64,000 nt of DNA from Camelus dromedarius (GCF_036321535.1 NC_087437.1:119538001-119602000); one strand, 5' to 3'. Shown: positions 47,911-61,012, counted from the first letter of the stretch. Numbers and translations: made by a program. The notes: generated from the sequence alone by a model not told the origin.

Positions 47911-50789
47911 AAGCAATATAAATGTTCATCAACGGGAAAGGGGAAAACACGGAAATAAGTAAATAAATAAACTGAATACCTCATAGAAGATGAAAATGAA
48001 AGAATAATGAAATTAATAAGCAATAATAATAATGGATAAATATTGAAAACAAAGTTCAACAAGAAAAGCTAAGAATCGTTCTTAGAGTATGATGTCGTTT
48101 ATGACACAGTTTTCCAAAGTAAGTGAGCAATGCCACGCGCTCTTAGAGCTGCACCCACATGCGAGAAACTGCAGCCGCGCAGACAGGAAGGGGGCGCGCT
48201 GGCTGCCAAATACGGCCCAGCCTGGGGAGGCACGGAGAGGGGCACCAGAGCTGGAGGGGCTTTCAACCTGTCTGTGATGTTCTAGTTCATCAAAGAAAAT
48301 CTGGAAGAAATACGGTTAAAAGGTGATGCTCTTTTCAGTTAAGGAGGGAGACACAGATGCTTGTCCTCTGTGTGTCTGACTTCGCCCTCCTGGGAGGGCG
48401 GCATGGCCGGCGGGGCCTGTGTCGCTCCCAGACTGCCTCTCAGGCTTGCAGCAGTGACTCCAGGGCTCCTAGGAGACAGCGCTAACACGTGACCACACAA
48501 TCACCTTACACACCCTGTGTTTAAAAAATGACCAACTGGTGGGGAAGAAACAACTTGAGCGACGATGCCCTAGCAAGTGGGGTCCCCGTGCGCAAGGACT
48601 GGGGCTCCTCTGGGCTTCACTCCTCTTACTGGAAAACACAGAGGTCGGACCCAGGACAGGGAGCCTGGCCTGACCCGCAGTCCTCTCCTGCCAGGGCTCC
48701 GAGGCGGGAACCCCTTGCTCTGCGAGCCCAGCGCACCTTCCTGCTTTCTCGGTACAGTCCTCCATCTGCGGTCAGGCCCCCTTCCCTACTCCCACTGCAC
48801 GTGGTTCGGCCTGACCTGCCCCCGCCCTTCGCCAGAGCCACGCTGGTTCTTTTCAGGCCTGAGTGTCTGGGGTGTCCTCTGTCTGCCTATCCCTGTCAGC
48901 AGTCAGAGCCCCTGGGAGTGGCTGACTTGGCTGTGTCTCTGGCCCTCATGTCCTCTGGCTTCTGGCTGTTGTTGTGGGTGGCACCAGCAGGATGTGGGGC
49001 CTCAGGAGGAAGTGAGCTTGGGGTTTTATGTCCTGGGTCCCTGCTGGCAAGGTCACGGCAGACTGGCTGTACTCCTCGGTCCCCCCAGTGCTCCGGCGGG
49101 CAGCCCTCTGCACCTGGCAGTCTTCTCTGGCTCCCCAAACTGACCCTGTCCTCTCCTCAGGCTGAAGAGTTCCCTAGCCCCAAAGAGAGGTCAGCACTCT
49201 CTCCATCTAACTTCCCCGGAATTACCCGATTGGGAGTGACAGGCCTGTTTCCTGCAGAAACTCCGATTGATATAGAAACTGCTACCAGCAATGACCCTGT
49301 TAATAGACCCCAAGGTTGTCCCCTCGGGCATGGCTCCCAGCTGGGGACACAGGCTCAGGTCTCAAACCAGTAGGAGGTGGTGTGGACTGAAGTGTGAGGT
49401 AAGACACCTGGGGGGAGGATGAGTGGCAGGGCATCTCATTTCCATGGTGACAGTCGTGTGATAAAGATCAGGATCAGCTGGCTGCTTCCGAGAGCTACGA
49501 AACGTTCAAGGAGGAGAGAAGAAACTGAGGTCTGAGGATGCCTCCCTGAGGATGGGACAATGGGAATGGCTTTCCCAGCTAAGCTCCCAGAGTTGCAGGG
49601 CAGTGAGGCTGGGCTCAGGCTGGGACCCCGTTTCTGGAAGTGCAGTGTCCATTAGACATCCATCACTTCCAGCTTCCTTCCACCAAGGTCTTGGAGTTGG
49701 AAAGCAAAGGGTTAAACTCTGAGACTTAGGTTGGGATGTTTGGGCAGAAACATGAGGCTGAGAATTTTGAACCCCAAGCGAACACCCTGACCCTTCTCCC
49801 CCAGCAGAGATGATCCCTCCACCCCATCTGAGGCCGTGCGTCTGTCCCTCCATAAATGCTTCCATTGACCACTGACAGCCCCATGGCTCACCCGGGATGC
49901 AGACGCAGGATGGGGCTGTTTCCACATCCCCGCATCCCTTCCAGGTGCACGAGGGTGAGACCACGCATGGCCCAGATGGAGACGGGGGCTTGCTAGGGGA
50001 GACAGCCTGCGCTCCCAGAGGACTGCAGAGTTGCATCAGCAGGATTCCAGGGAAGACTGCGGGTGAGTTGGGGGTGTTGGACCACAGAGGATGAGGTGCT
50101 AAGACTGACATCATCAGGATTCAGGAGGGATGTGCTGGCCTAGCACTGTGGCCATCTTGCAAGTGGGTAACCAAGCCCCGGGCTTGAAGGTGACCAAGAG
50201 TTCATGCAGTCACAATGCCAGAGCCCCACCCTCTGCCTCCCAAACATGACAACCTCGCTACTCAAGGGGGTCCCGAGTTAGCAGCATCCCACCCCTGGGG
50301 TCTCAGTAGACACGCTCCCTCCCAGGTTTCATGAAGGGAAGTCTGCATTCTAGAATATTCCCAGGTGCTTCCCATGCACCTTAGGTGTGGGAAGCCTGGT
50401 GTTATAGCAGGGAGGGGTTTCCCGGGCTCAGGGAGGCTTCAGTGTTGGAGAGGACCTATTATGTGCACCCTTCTTGGCCACCCTGGGGTCCAACATCCCT
50501 CAACTCCGCCCTCAGACATCCTCCCCAGGCTTCTACCAATGTGTCCTGCAACTTTTTTGGGTGAGCCCATCACTCAGGTGTTCAGAAATGCCCTGGTAGG
50601 GGGCCACCAGCATCCTTCACAAGTCCTGTGGCTCCTCCAGCCTTTGCAGCCCAGAGCTGTTGTGGGACCGAGAGTCCCTCAGCAAGAATGGAGGCCAGGT
50701 CCCTCGGGGAATAGCCTTAGAGCAAGGCCGTGGATGAGCGTGCTGAGCCTCCCCCAAGCCCCCTGGAGCAAGCGAGCCGCTCGCCAGCG

Positions 50790-51200
50790 CCCACTTGCCG
50801 GGGCTGAACTGTGTCTCCCACAGAGGATGCTTCAGTCCTAACACCCAGGACTCCTGAATGCGCCCCTGTTTGGAAGTAGGATCTTTGCAGATGATCGCAC
50901 TGAGATGAGGTCATTAGGGTGGGGACAATCCATCATGACCACATCCTTGTGAAACAGAGGAGATTTGAAACAGACATGCACAGAGAGGAGGTGACATAAA
51001 GACACTAAGACACCATGTACAGCCAAAGGGACACCTGAGGCCGCCAGGAACTAGGGCAGAGGCATGGAACAGACTTACCCTCAGACGGAACCAGCTCTGG
51101 TGACCCCTGATCTGACTGCTAGCCTCCAGAACAAGGAGAAAATACATTTCTGTTGTAAGTTCAGTTTGTGATACTTCCTGACAGCCGTCCTAGAGACTAC
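50790..51200 (+). mobile_element. MLT1-type MaLR LTR
   Basis: tttggaagtaggatctttgcagatg...gagatgaggtcattagggtggg...tagcctccagaacaaggagaaaatacatttctgttgtaag. Confidence 0.8.
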
Positions 51201-51289
51201 TACACCCAGGGGACTGTGCCCTGGACATTCTGAAGGTCAGTAAACACTAGCTCTGAAGGTCATTTAAATACTAGCTCTGAACTGACCTT

Positions 51290-53800
51290 AATCCTCAGAG
51301 ACCCAAACCCCGGGTGGTCCACCAAAGAGGGAGCCTGTGGATTTCAGGTGCTGGTTGGAGTCTTGGCCCAAGTCCATCTCATCGTGGGTCCAATGAGGTG
51401 ACACGCACATCCCTTGGGAATCTCCTTAGGGCCTGAAGAGATGCTCTTAGTAGCTACATTGCTGCTCTGAGTTTTGGAGAGGCCTATGATGGTGCAAGTG
51501 TCTCTCACCAGGAGAGTGAAGCAAAACCATCATCACGGTCCAGGAAAGAATTACAGAAATCAATGCCACAATCAAGGACTTGAAAAATTCAGGAGTCGCC
51601 CTTCCACACGCCCCTGGAGTTCACATGTTTGGCCAGTGCTCCAGCCAGGTGCATTATGGGAATGGCTACAGAGCGTACCTCCTCTGTGAAGGGCCAGGGA
51701 GTAAACGTTCTAGGCTTAGTAAACACAGTTGGTCTCTGTCACATATTCTCCTTTGTTTTATTTTTGTGGCCCTTAAAAAATGTAGAAACCATTTTTAGCT
51801 TGCAAGTTGTACGAAAACAGGCCACAGACAGGATTTGGGGATTTGGGCCACAGTCAGACCTTTGTCAAGCCGGCCATAGAGAGCATCACAAAGTTAATCA
51901 AGTCTTGATGACAATTTCGGCCGAGGTCCTGGCTGGGATCGTGTTCCTGGAGTGAATTCCCTAGAATCTGATGTGCAGCCGTTGACCTGGACAATGCTTG
52001 GTCCCCCCATGTCTTCAGAGAAGGTCATCAGAAGTAATTTACCTTGCAGGGAATGGACAAAAGATGCCTCTACTGTGTGAACCTGGGTTCTGCCAAGTCC
52101 CCTGCTCTCTGTCACAGCACATTCAGAGAGACCTTGAACAAACATCTTGCTGGCCCATTACACTGACGCTATGATGTCATGTCCATTGGATTTGGAAAAC
52201 AGGAAGTAAGACACAACTGCGTCGGAGACTGGAACTGGAAAGGGCCGGGGACCCAGCCTATGGGTGGGGTGTTTCGAAGACCCAGGGCAATGGAAAATAC
52301 ATAACTGTACATAAAATAGATAAACAGCAAGGACCTACTGTACAGCACAGGGAACTATATTCTTGTAATAACACAGAATGGAAAAGAACCTGAAAAAAAA
52401 AATCTATGCATGTATATATTTAACCAAACCACTTCGTTGTACACCTGAAACTAACATTGTAAATCAACAATAATTTTTTTTGAAAGACCTGGGGCAGTGG
52501 AAATATCCTCTCAGAAGGGAAAGATAAATTTCTGCTCCTTGTACCACTCACGGCAATACATACTCATGGGATTCTGAGGTGAGAGCCACTACATTTGGGC
52601 ATGTTGTCCTGGCTTAGTTAACAAGCCGCCAGTATGCTTGCAGTTTTGATGGGAGCTCAGAACAGCTGGCGGCTCTGCTGCGGTTGGTCTGGGCTGTCAT
52701 ACAGGACGCCCCGCCACCGGGCCGAGGTTTCAATGGCTGTGAAACGCTCACGGCAGACTATATTGTGTGGCACCACTGCGAAGTCCTAGTAAGAGAGACA
52801 GCACACATCGGTGTTAGTTCTCTGTGGCCATGTGACAAATGACCCCAGGACTTAGTGCTTTAAAACAACGAACATTTATTATCTTACCGTTTCTGTGGGT
52901 TACATGTTGGGTCACAGCTCCCCTGGGTCCTCTGGTGCAGGTTTCTCATGGTGGCAGCAGGTGTCAGCAGGGCTGAGCAAAATCCTCATGAATGCAAAGA
53001 CACCAGTTTTCTTTCCCTGCCCACATGCACCTGGCCCACGTAAGGAGAGGCGATGGTGGTGTAAAATCAACACCACGTGTTGCCCCTCGCCGTGGCTGAT
53101 CTGAGTGACACCACCAAGCTCCCATCCTGCTGACGGCAAAGCCTGGCACCGGAGCCCACATGTGGCATCCTTCCCCAGGAGCGGCGGCCAGCAACCTGGT
53201 AGCAAGCTCATTTTGTGAGATTTCTCCCATTACAGAGGGGTAGGACACATCATCCGGGTCTGAACGTGACTTCCCTCTGAGCTTGCCGCAGCCACTGACG
53301 GCGCCACCACTTGGGAATTTACAGAATGCAGCATTCAATGCACGGAATGCATCACAACACACTGTAGGGCAAGGAAATAACGGTGTCCAAGCCATTCACC
53401 GGCCGTGCCATGTACCCACCGCCCAGAACAGCTAGCTTCGTAGCACAGTGGGACTGTCTGCTCGGCAGCCAGTGGTGAACGCAGCGCAGTCTATGCCTTA
53501 ACAAGGAATGACACTTGGGACCGTCTCAAGCCAAGCATGCTTGTCCAGACACCAAGCGACAGAAGTAGGAGTGGCTTTTCAGAGGACAAAAGGGTGTAAC
53601 TACTGGAGGAAATTTTGCTCCCACCCCCTGACCATGGCCTGAGTGGGCTGGAGGGCTGTTATTCAGAGAGGCTGGCTTCCCCTTGGACACACGCTCCCGG
53701 GCCACCGAACTGGCAGTGCAGACCGTCCCCACGGCCCCTTCACGTCGCTGAACCAGCCGGCAGAGGAGGGGTACTGACTGGACAGATGGTCCTGATTACC
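51290..53800 (+). mobile_element. Degenerate ERVL-type internal (pro/pol) sequence interrupted by MER58B-like (~51670-51870), L1 3' end (~52290-52480) and MLT (~52810-52990) pieces
   Basis: ggagtcttggcccaagtccatctcatcgtgggtcca and catttgggcatgttg...gcagttttgatgggagctcagaacag resemble ERVL pro/pol; no open frame. Confidence 0.6.
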
Positions 53801-53819
53801 GAGGGAGGCTGTGTGCCCG

Positions 53820-54331
53820 TGTTACCGAGTCCTGACTCATTCTGCTCGCTGCACAACAGGCCAATAAATCAGGAGACGAGGTGTTGGGACAAGGAATAAT
53901 GACTTTATTTGGAAAGCTGGCAGACCAAGAAGATGGTGGACTAATGCCCTGGAGAAGCATCTTCCCCAAGTCAGAATTCAGGCTCCTTTTATACTAAAAA
54001 GGGGAGGGGGTGTGGTTGGTTGTTGCAAACTTCTTGGTGTTGGAATCCTATGTTCTTACAGCTGTCCATGTGGGTCAGGTCATGGTGTCCCTGTAAACCT
54101 CCAACAAAATGTTATTTTCTATTCTGCAATTTTTAATCTTTATATGAATGGAAAGTGTTCTACCCCGAAGGTCAGAGTCTTGAGAATGGGCTCTCCTGCG
54201 GATGTCAGCTCTAAGAAACACTCCTTTACAAAAGGTGCAGAGCCAATGTGACTCCGCACGGGAAAGAGAGCCCAGGGCTAGAGCTGAAGGGACAGACTGC
54301 ATGTGGAGTCAGCCTGTCCTTCTCTATTACA
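53820..54331 (-). mobile_element. Solo ERV LTR, family B, upstream of TFF1 and in the same sense as TFF1
   Basis: TG...CA termini; reverse-complement homolog of 44058-44573; AATAAA on minus near 53905. Confidence 0.85.
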
Positions 54332-54649
54332 ACTGCCACTCCACAGGGACCAGGAGGACGATGCTCATAGCCCAAGGTTGTGGGGCTGGGGGGAGGTCAC
54401 CCGGGCTGCTGTTAGCAGTTTCTCACCCAGCAGCCCTGGTCCATGGAAAACAGAAGTGACCCAGTAAATATAAGCCCTTTTAAGGATTTTTATCCTACAG
54501 ACGTCAATATGTGGGTCACTCTACCAGGTAAATAACCACACCCAGCTGAAGTGACAGCAGATAATAATGGAACATGACATGGGAGGGTTGCTATGACAAC
54601 CAACCTTCACCTCTTCACCCACAACCAAAACAGTTACTATAGCAGCTCC

Positions 54650-55690
54650 GTCTAATGTAAATTAAAGAAAATGACAGTAAATACTTGACAGATTTCTGGA
54701 AGGTTTAGGTATTTCCAAGCCTTGTAACAATAAGAGAAACCACCTAAATATATATAACATATGTAGGTAGAGAACAAATTTTACTATGCAAACTGTCTTA
54801 AACTTCAGATATAAAAATTTTTTAACTGTAAAAAGTTTATAGTGATATGAAGGACAGGAATTTTAAAACTTTAAGACACAAAGATCTCATACAAAATGAC
54901 TTTTAAAACCCTGGAACTCAAATGGATAAAGAAGCAAAGAACATGAACACAAAATTTTTAGAAGGCAAAATGCACATGCCTAAAAATTATAGGAAAAATG
55001 AGAACCATGTTTAGCAATCAAAGATATAATTGAAAACAATAATAACACTCTTCAAGCCAGTCAAATTGTCAGATTTTGGTTTTTTAATCGGAAGATTCAA
55101 TGCTGCCAAATAAAGTTCAGGTGAGATGGACACGTCCATCCAGAGTAAGTGGAAGCTGGCATCACCTTTGTGGAAATCAACATGGTATTTTGTGCCAAGA
55201 ATCTTAGAAAGCGCACACTCTCTGACCCAGTAAATCTACTTTCTGGGATGCCCTAAAGAAAGAACCCTAAGCACAGAAAAATCTGTTTACTTTCCCCAAG
55301 AAAAATCGTTTTGCATGAAGATGTTCATCAAAGGAAGTCTTAGTCATAGTGAAAAATTATAAACAACCCAAATTACCAAAAATAGAGAAATCACTAGCAC
55401 GTGTTAGTTACAGCCACACGGTGAAACACCATGCAACCGTCACTAGCATACTTCTGTGGAGTTTGTAATCACGGGGAGAATTTTCACGCTGCAGTAGTAA
55501 ATCAAAAAGGACAAGGCAACAAAGCTTTACAAACAACTCAGTAGAAAAAAGGAGGCAAAAGAACATACACCAGTGGGTGTCACCCTGAAAGACGAGTTGC
55601 TTCCCTTCCCTTGGATTCTGCTCTCCTGGTCGTTGCAATGTTTCTATAGTAAGCATAATCAGCTTTTATAATTAAAAAAAACACTGTATT
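54650..55690 (+). mobile_element. Old L1 3' portion (ORF2 end/3' UTR)
   Basis: tctgacccagtaaatctacttct...gatgttcatcaaagg...aaacaacccaaattacc. Confidence 0.75.
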
Positions 55691-57303
55691 TAAAAAAATA
55701 ATGAGTTTGCTCTCCCCAGAAAGAAAGAGGAGAGCTCGCCCCCACCACCTCCATCGGTGAGGCGCTGAGTCAGTCCAGGGGTGGGTATTTGACCTTGGAG
55801 GAGTCCCCCCCGGCCACGCCCCGCTGACACGCTTGACCCATGACCCGCTCGCGTACACCTTCCCTGAAGTTAAACACAGGCCTGGGGGTGGTGCGCGCTG
55901 AGCGAGGCTGCCCATTCCTAACCAGTGAGTCCCCGTCCCGCCCAACAAACCCCAGAGGCCACGCGGTGAGCTGCAGACTCACCCAGGCCTCCCCACGCTC
56001 TCCTCCCCGACCTGCTCAGCCCTTCTCGTCCAGAGAGGCGGTGCTACTGCACAGCAGCCCCCTCCGCTGACCCAGGCCCCGAAACCCAACATGAGTCCCC
56101 GCCGTGGCCTCCTAGGAACTGAAAGCTCGGAGGGAGACACCGGGAGCCTGACGCCTAATCCGCCACTTCCAAGCCATCGCGTCCAGCCTCCCTGATGCCG
56201 CCAAGCTGCACTTACACCTCCCACACTCAGCTCGGCACCAGAGCCCTGTTCCTCCCAGCAGGTGAGTCTGGAATTCATCTGCTGACTCCTCGCCTCGGCT
56301 CCAGGGAGCCTGGGGTAAGTGCGGGCACGTACGTTCTCCCGTTAATCTGCACCTCCGGCCCCATGGCGAGGACTGAGCCAGTGCCTTCCTCCCAGCTGCA
56401 GGCTCCGGCTGGAGTCTTGCCTCCTGGGGCCTCAGTGCTGTTCCCTTCCCGATCGTGAGTGCTGGACGGTCCAGCCCAAAGACTCCTGCTCTGGTGACCC
56501 ACCATGTTCCCTCCTGCCTCCCCCACCAGCCCCAAACAGGGCCCTTTGATATGGTCCTTGGGTCATTTACAGCCCCCGTCTACCACAGACACAGGTGTGT
56601 GGCGTGAGGACTTTCCATCTGGCCAGGCCTGACGGGAAAGTGTCCACTCCAGCTGAGGAAAGGACAAGAAAAGCCACACCAAGCAGAGCTCCCCGAAGGG
56701 CAGTAGCTAGTCCCTGCGTGGCCCTCGCACTGCCTGCGCGACTCTATTTATAAGCCCCAGAGATGCTGGTGAAGAGAGCAGGGCACCCCGTGGTTTCCTG
56801 GTCAGTCACGATTGACCAACAGGGAGCTTCATTCACTGGACAAAGTTCCCAGATTTGATCATCTTTAAAGAGTTTTCACTGAACTTTATTTCTATTTTAC
56901 ACCCTTTGTGCATGTCTGCCTTCACTTTCTTCTAGGCGGAGTCATAGAGGGCCTGGCCCTAGAACTCGGGCAAATCCGACTGCACATTCACTGGTTGGAT
57001 TATGTGTCATAAAGGGTTATTTATGATCCTTGGGCCAAGTCCCATCTCACTGGCTGTGTCCTTATCTGGGCTTCATGTCCCTGCTGGGCAGTGCCCTCTG
57101 CAAGACAGAGGCCTGGACAGCAGGTGTGGCACGGGGCAGGAGGGCGTGGAATGGGCCACCTCTCAGAGTTATCTGTTAGCGTTCCAGCTTTGATGCAAAC
57201 TTCACCCAGATGGAGGCAAAACCAAAAATGTTTATACCACTTCTATCATTCCAGTTCCTACTGGAAGTTTATGCAAAAACAAATGACAGAAACAACCCCC
57301 TGT

Positions 57304-57444
57304 GGGGGGTAGGATGTAGCTCAGTGTTAGAGCATGTGCTTAGCATGCACGAGGTCCTGGGTTCAATCCCCAGCACCTCCATTAAAAAAATAGCAAATAA
57401 ATATAAATAAATAAGCCTAATTACCCCCAAAAAATTTTTAAAAA
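57304..57444 (+). mobile_element. tRNA-derived SINE (Vic-1-like)
   Basis: gtagctcagtgttagagcatgtgcttagcatgcacgaggtcctgggttcaatccccagcacctcc; degenerate TSD gaaacaaccccctgt / ggaacagtcccctgt. Confidence 0.92.
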
Positions 57445-58675
57445 GGAACAGTCCCCTGTAATGAGGATCTTATTTTCTCTTCCTAACAACCCTAAAGTTT
57501 AGCTAATTCAGGTTATAAGGGAGGACCCTGGGGGCTGGGGGTGGGGAGGGGAGGTTAAGAAAGTCCCCTGAGCCCTGTGGTTCCTCAGTGGTGCGTAAAG
57601 CCTGGGCCAGGCTCCCCGATCCCCCATCCTCACCCCCTGTCCTCCAGGATGGGGCACCTCACAAAATCACCTGTGGTCTCGGGTGCCGCTCGGGTACCCA
57701 AGATGTTACCACATGAAATGCGAGCCGGCTCGTGCCACTCAGCCATCTTCTCACCGTGTCACCAGCAATGTTAAAATAGGTGACTTCATTTTAAAAACAT
57801 AAATTAGAAGACAGTCCAGGTTCTCCCTGCATTTCCCTCCTTGGCGCTTCCCCGTACGCCCTTCTCTGGGGGAGAAAGAGGCCGCTGCGGCGTAACCAAG
57901 CCCAGAGTCACGCATAACGCAGGCTCCTCGTATGACACTCAGCCCTAATGCCTGTGTCCGGGGGCGACTCCGGGCCCGCTCCTTAGTCTCTGATGTCCTA
58001 TTTTTAAGTCCTTGCTTTGAAAAGGGGATGTCATGGCTCTTAAGTGTTTCAATAGGATGTTTAGAATGTTGCCTTGCAGGTCCATTCTGAGTTGCTTTCA
58101 TTTTTCCACATAAGGAGATAAAGATTTCAAAAAAAAAAAAAAATTAAAGAGGAGAGCTAGTTTCTGAGACCCGACCTCTGCGGACCTGGCCTTTCCTTCT
58201 GCTGTCGGCCTGAGGACAGTGTGATGGGGAAGCTGACAGTGGTTCGGACTGAAACTGTAGTCTGTGTGTTCTTAAATTTTTTATGACACATATTGCTCTC
58301 AAAAAATTATTTTGCATTTAGAAATTTCAAAAGCCTTAGTCCTTATCAAAAAATGGCCTCAAAATAGATGAAAAAAGACTGATAGAGCCGAAAACAGAAA
58401 TAGAGGCTGAGTTACAATTATCATTGGAGACATCAAGACGCCTCCTCACAGCTGATGGACCACTAGACAGAAAGCCAGCAAAGACGTAGACCATGTGAGC
58501 TACGCCCCAGTCAACAGCACCAAGCTGGTGTTCGGAGGACGTCCCCCCCAGCGACAGCAGACACGCATCTTCCCCGAGTGCTTATGTGCATTGAGCAGGC
58601 TCGACAACACACTGGGCTGCACGATAAATCTCAACAAATCTCAGTGAGCTGAAATCACACAGAGTGTGTTCTCTG

Positions 58676-59664
58676 GAGAGCGGCCAAGGTTATGGAGTAG
58701 AAAGACCTTGAACTCGCCTCCTCTCTCGGGCACACCAAAATCACAGCTATCTGCGGAACAACCGTCCGTGAAAAAGGCTGAAACTTACCAGAAAAGATCT
58801 TCTACTGCTACAGAAATGACAGGCCAGCCAAGAAACAAGCACCACTCGGAGGGTTGGAGTACTCAGATGTATTACGCCGGCGGGCTCAGAGGGGCTTCTG
58901 CTCCGAAGCTCTGAGCACCTCCAAGACGTCCGCATGAGGTTTTACAGGGTAAAACACAAGCTTGGGGTATTCGGCCAATAGGCATGGAACAGCTTTAGCA
59001 GCATCATCATCACAAAAGTGGAGGCGGGAGGCAGCAAACCAACATTCCAAAGCCAGATATGTATCTTTGAAAACCCAGCTGGCTAGCAAAAAACATGAAC
59101 AGCAAAGCAACACTAATTAACCTAGATTTACAAGTTAGTCCAGCAGAACTCGGCTCAGTGTTCCGATACTGAGATTTGTGAGTTATCTTGTTAGCCTGGC
59201 CCAGCCTCTCCTTCACATTCCTAGACTTGTGAGTTATCCTGTTAGCCCAGCCCGGCTTTCCCTTCACACTACGACTAAAGATGCAAAGAAGGAGCCACAG
59301 CAAGACGGGTAGGAGGGGCCACTCGCAATATAATCAGATCCCAGGCCCTCCTTCCCTGGTGAGCGACCCCCAAACCAGGGAACAGTCACAGTGCAGAAGC
59401 CCCCCCAACAGGAGCGAGAGTTCTGAGCCCCATGACGGGCTCCCCAGCCCGGGGTTCCAGCACCAGGAAGCCAAGTCCCCAGAGCACTGGGTTTTGAAGG
59501 CCAACGGGGCTTAATTGCAGGAGCCCCACAGGACCGGGGGAAACAGAGACTTCACTCTTAAGGGGCCACACAGAACCCACACGCGCCAGCACCCGGAGCA
59601 GACGCAGGAACTCGGCAGAAGCTGGGAGGCGGGGGGTGGGGGACAGCGGTGGCTCACTCTGGGG
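58676..59664 (+). mobile_element. L1 5'UTR-like insert nested in older L1 ORF2
   Basis: ggagtagaaagaccttgaactcgcctcctc...gggctccccagcccggggttccagcaccagg; flanked by 13/17-identical direct repeats at 58659-58675 and 59665-59681. Confidence 0.7.
58806..59268 (-). mobile_element. Young solo ERV LTR (463 bp), family C
   Basis: TG...CA termini; perfect 4-bp TSD CTAC (58802-58805 / 59269-59272). Confidence 0.88.
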
Positions 59665-61012
59665 ACAGAATGTCTTCCTTGACCACAATGAAATCAAGTA
59701 AGAACTAGGTCGGAAACAGCAGGAAAAGCTCTAAATGTGTAGAAATCAAATAACACATGCCTAAATAATTCATAGGTCAAAAAGAAGCTTCGAAAGAAAT
59801 TTAAAGGTACATAGAACTGAATGAAAATGGACACACACCATACCCAGATTTGTGGGGCTCAGATGAAGCAGCACTGAGAGGGGACGTTTTGCATTAACTT
59901 ACATTAGAAATGAGACGTTCTCAAATCAAAAATTACACTTTGACCTCAAAAAATTAGAAAATAAAATCCAACGACACCCAAAACAACGAGAAGGAAGGAA
60001 ACAGTAAAGACACACGCAGAAATCGGTGAGGCTGAAAACAGGAAACAACGGAAAAAATCAACGAAACAAAAAGCTAGTTCTTTGGAAAAATGAGTAAAAC
60101 TGACAAACCTACAGCAAAACCGAGGAAAATTAAAAGCAAGAAGGCACAGATAACATCAGAAGTGAGATGAGGTAACACTGCGGACACCTGAAGGGCCGTA
60201 AGGGAATGCCACAAAAATTCATGCACGTCAATTTGACAACCAGGAAGAAATGGACTAATTCCTCAAAAACCACAAACTGCCGAAACTCAACTAAGATGGA
60301 ATAGACAACCTGAATAACCCTATAGACATCAAAAAAATCTTAATTCACAAGTTAAAGTCTCTGAAAAAAGAAATTTCCACCAGTTTTTAAGGAAAAATTA
60401 ACAATTTTTCACATCTTTTCCAGAAAAGAGAAAAGGGATGAACATTTCCCAACTCATTTTATGAGGCCAGTATCACCCTGAGAACACAACCAGACAAAGA
60501 CAGCGCACGAAAACAGGAAACTACAAACCAATAGTTCTCGTGAACTTGGATGCAGAATTCCCCAACCAAATATTAGCAAGCCCAATTCAACAGTGCATAA
60601 AAAAGAATTACAGACCACGGCCAAGGAGGGTGTGCTCTCGCTCTGCAAGGCTGGCTCATGTTAGGAAACAATTAGTGGCAACAAGCTAAAGGAGAAAAAG
60701 CGCAGGTCGTGTCAACTGACGTGGAAGAATATTTGACAAAAGCCAGCATCCATCCGTGACAAGACCTTTCAGCAGTTTAGAAATGAGGGGTATTTCCTCG
60801 GCCTAAGAAGAGCGTCTACAAAATCCCTAGAGCTGGTGTCAAACTTGAAAAAGACTCAACCCTTCCCCCCAGACGGGGAGTACGGCCAGGCTACCTGCTC
60901 TCACCGCTGACACAGTCCTAGAGGGTCTAGTCGCTGACAAGAGGGAGGAAAAAGAAATGAAAAGAACACACATGAGAAGGGAAGGAATAAAACTGTTTGC
61001 AGAAGGCGTGCT

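Noticed and set aside
48528..49373. 281-aa + strand ORF
   Set aside because: No recognisable protein family or splice structure; lies next to ERVL-like sequence.
55979..56100. Possible first exon of a fourth TFF gene (ATG ~56093 to a gtgagt donor)
   Set aside because: No hydrophobic signal peptide, wrong intron phase, and no additional trefoil (CCF...PWCF) exon seen in the window.
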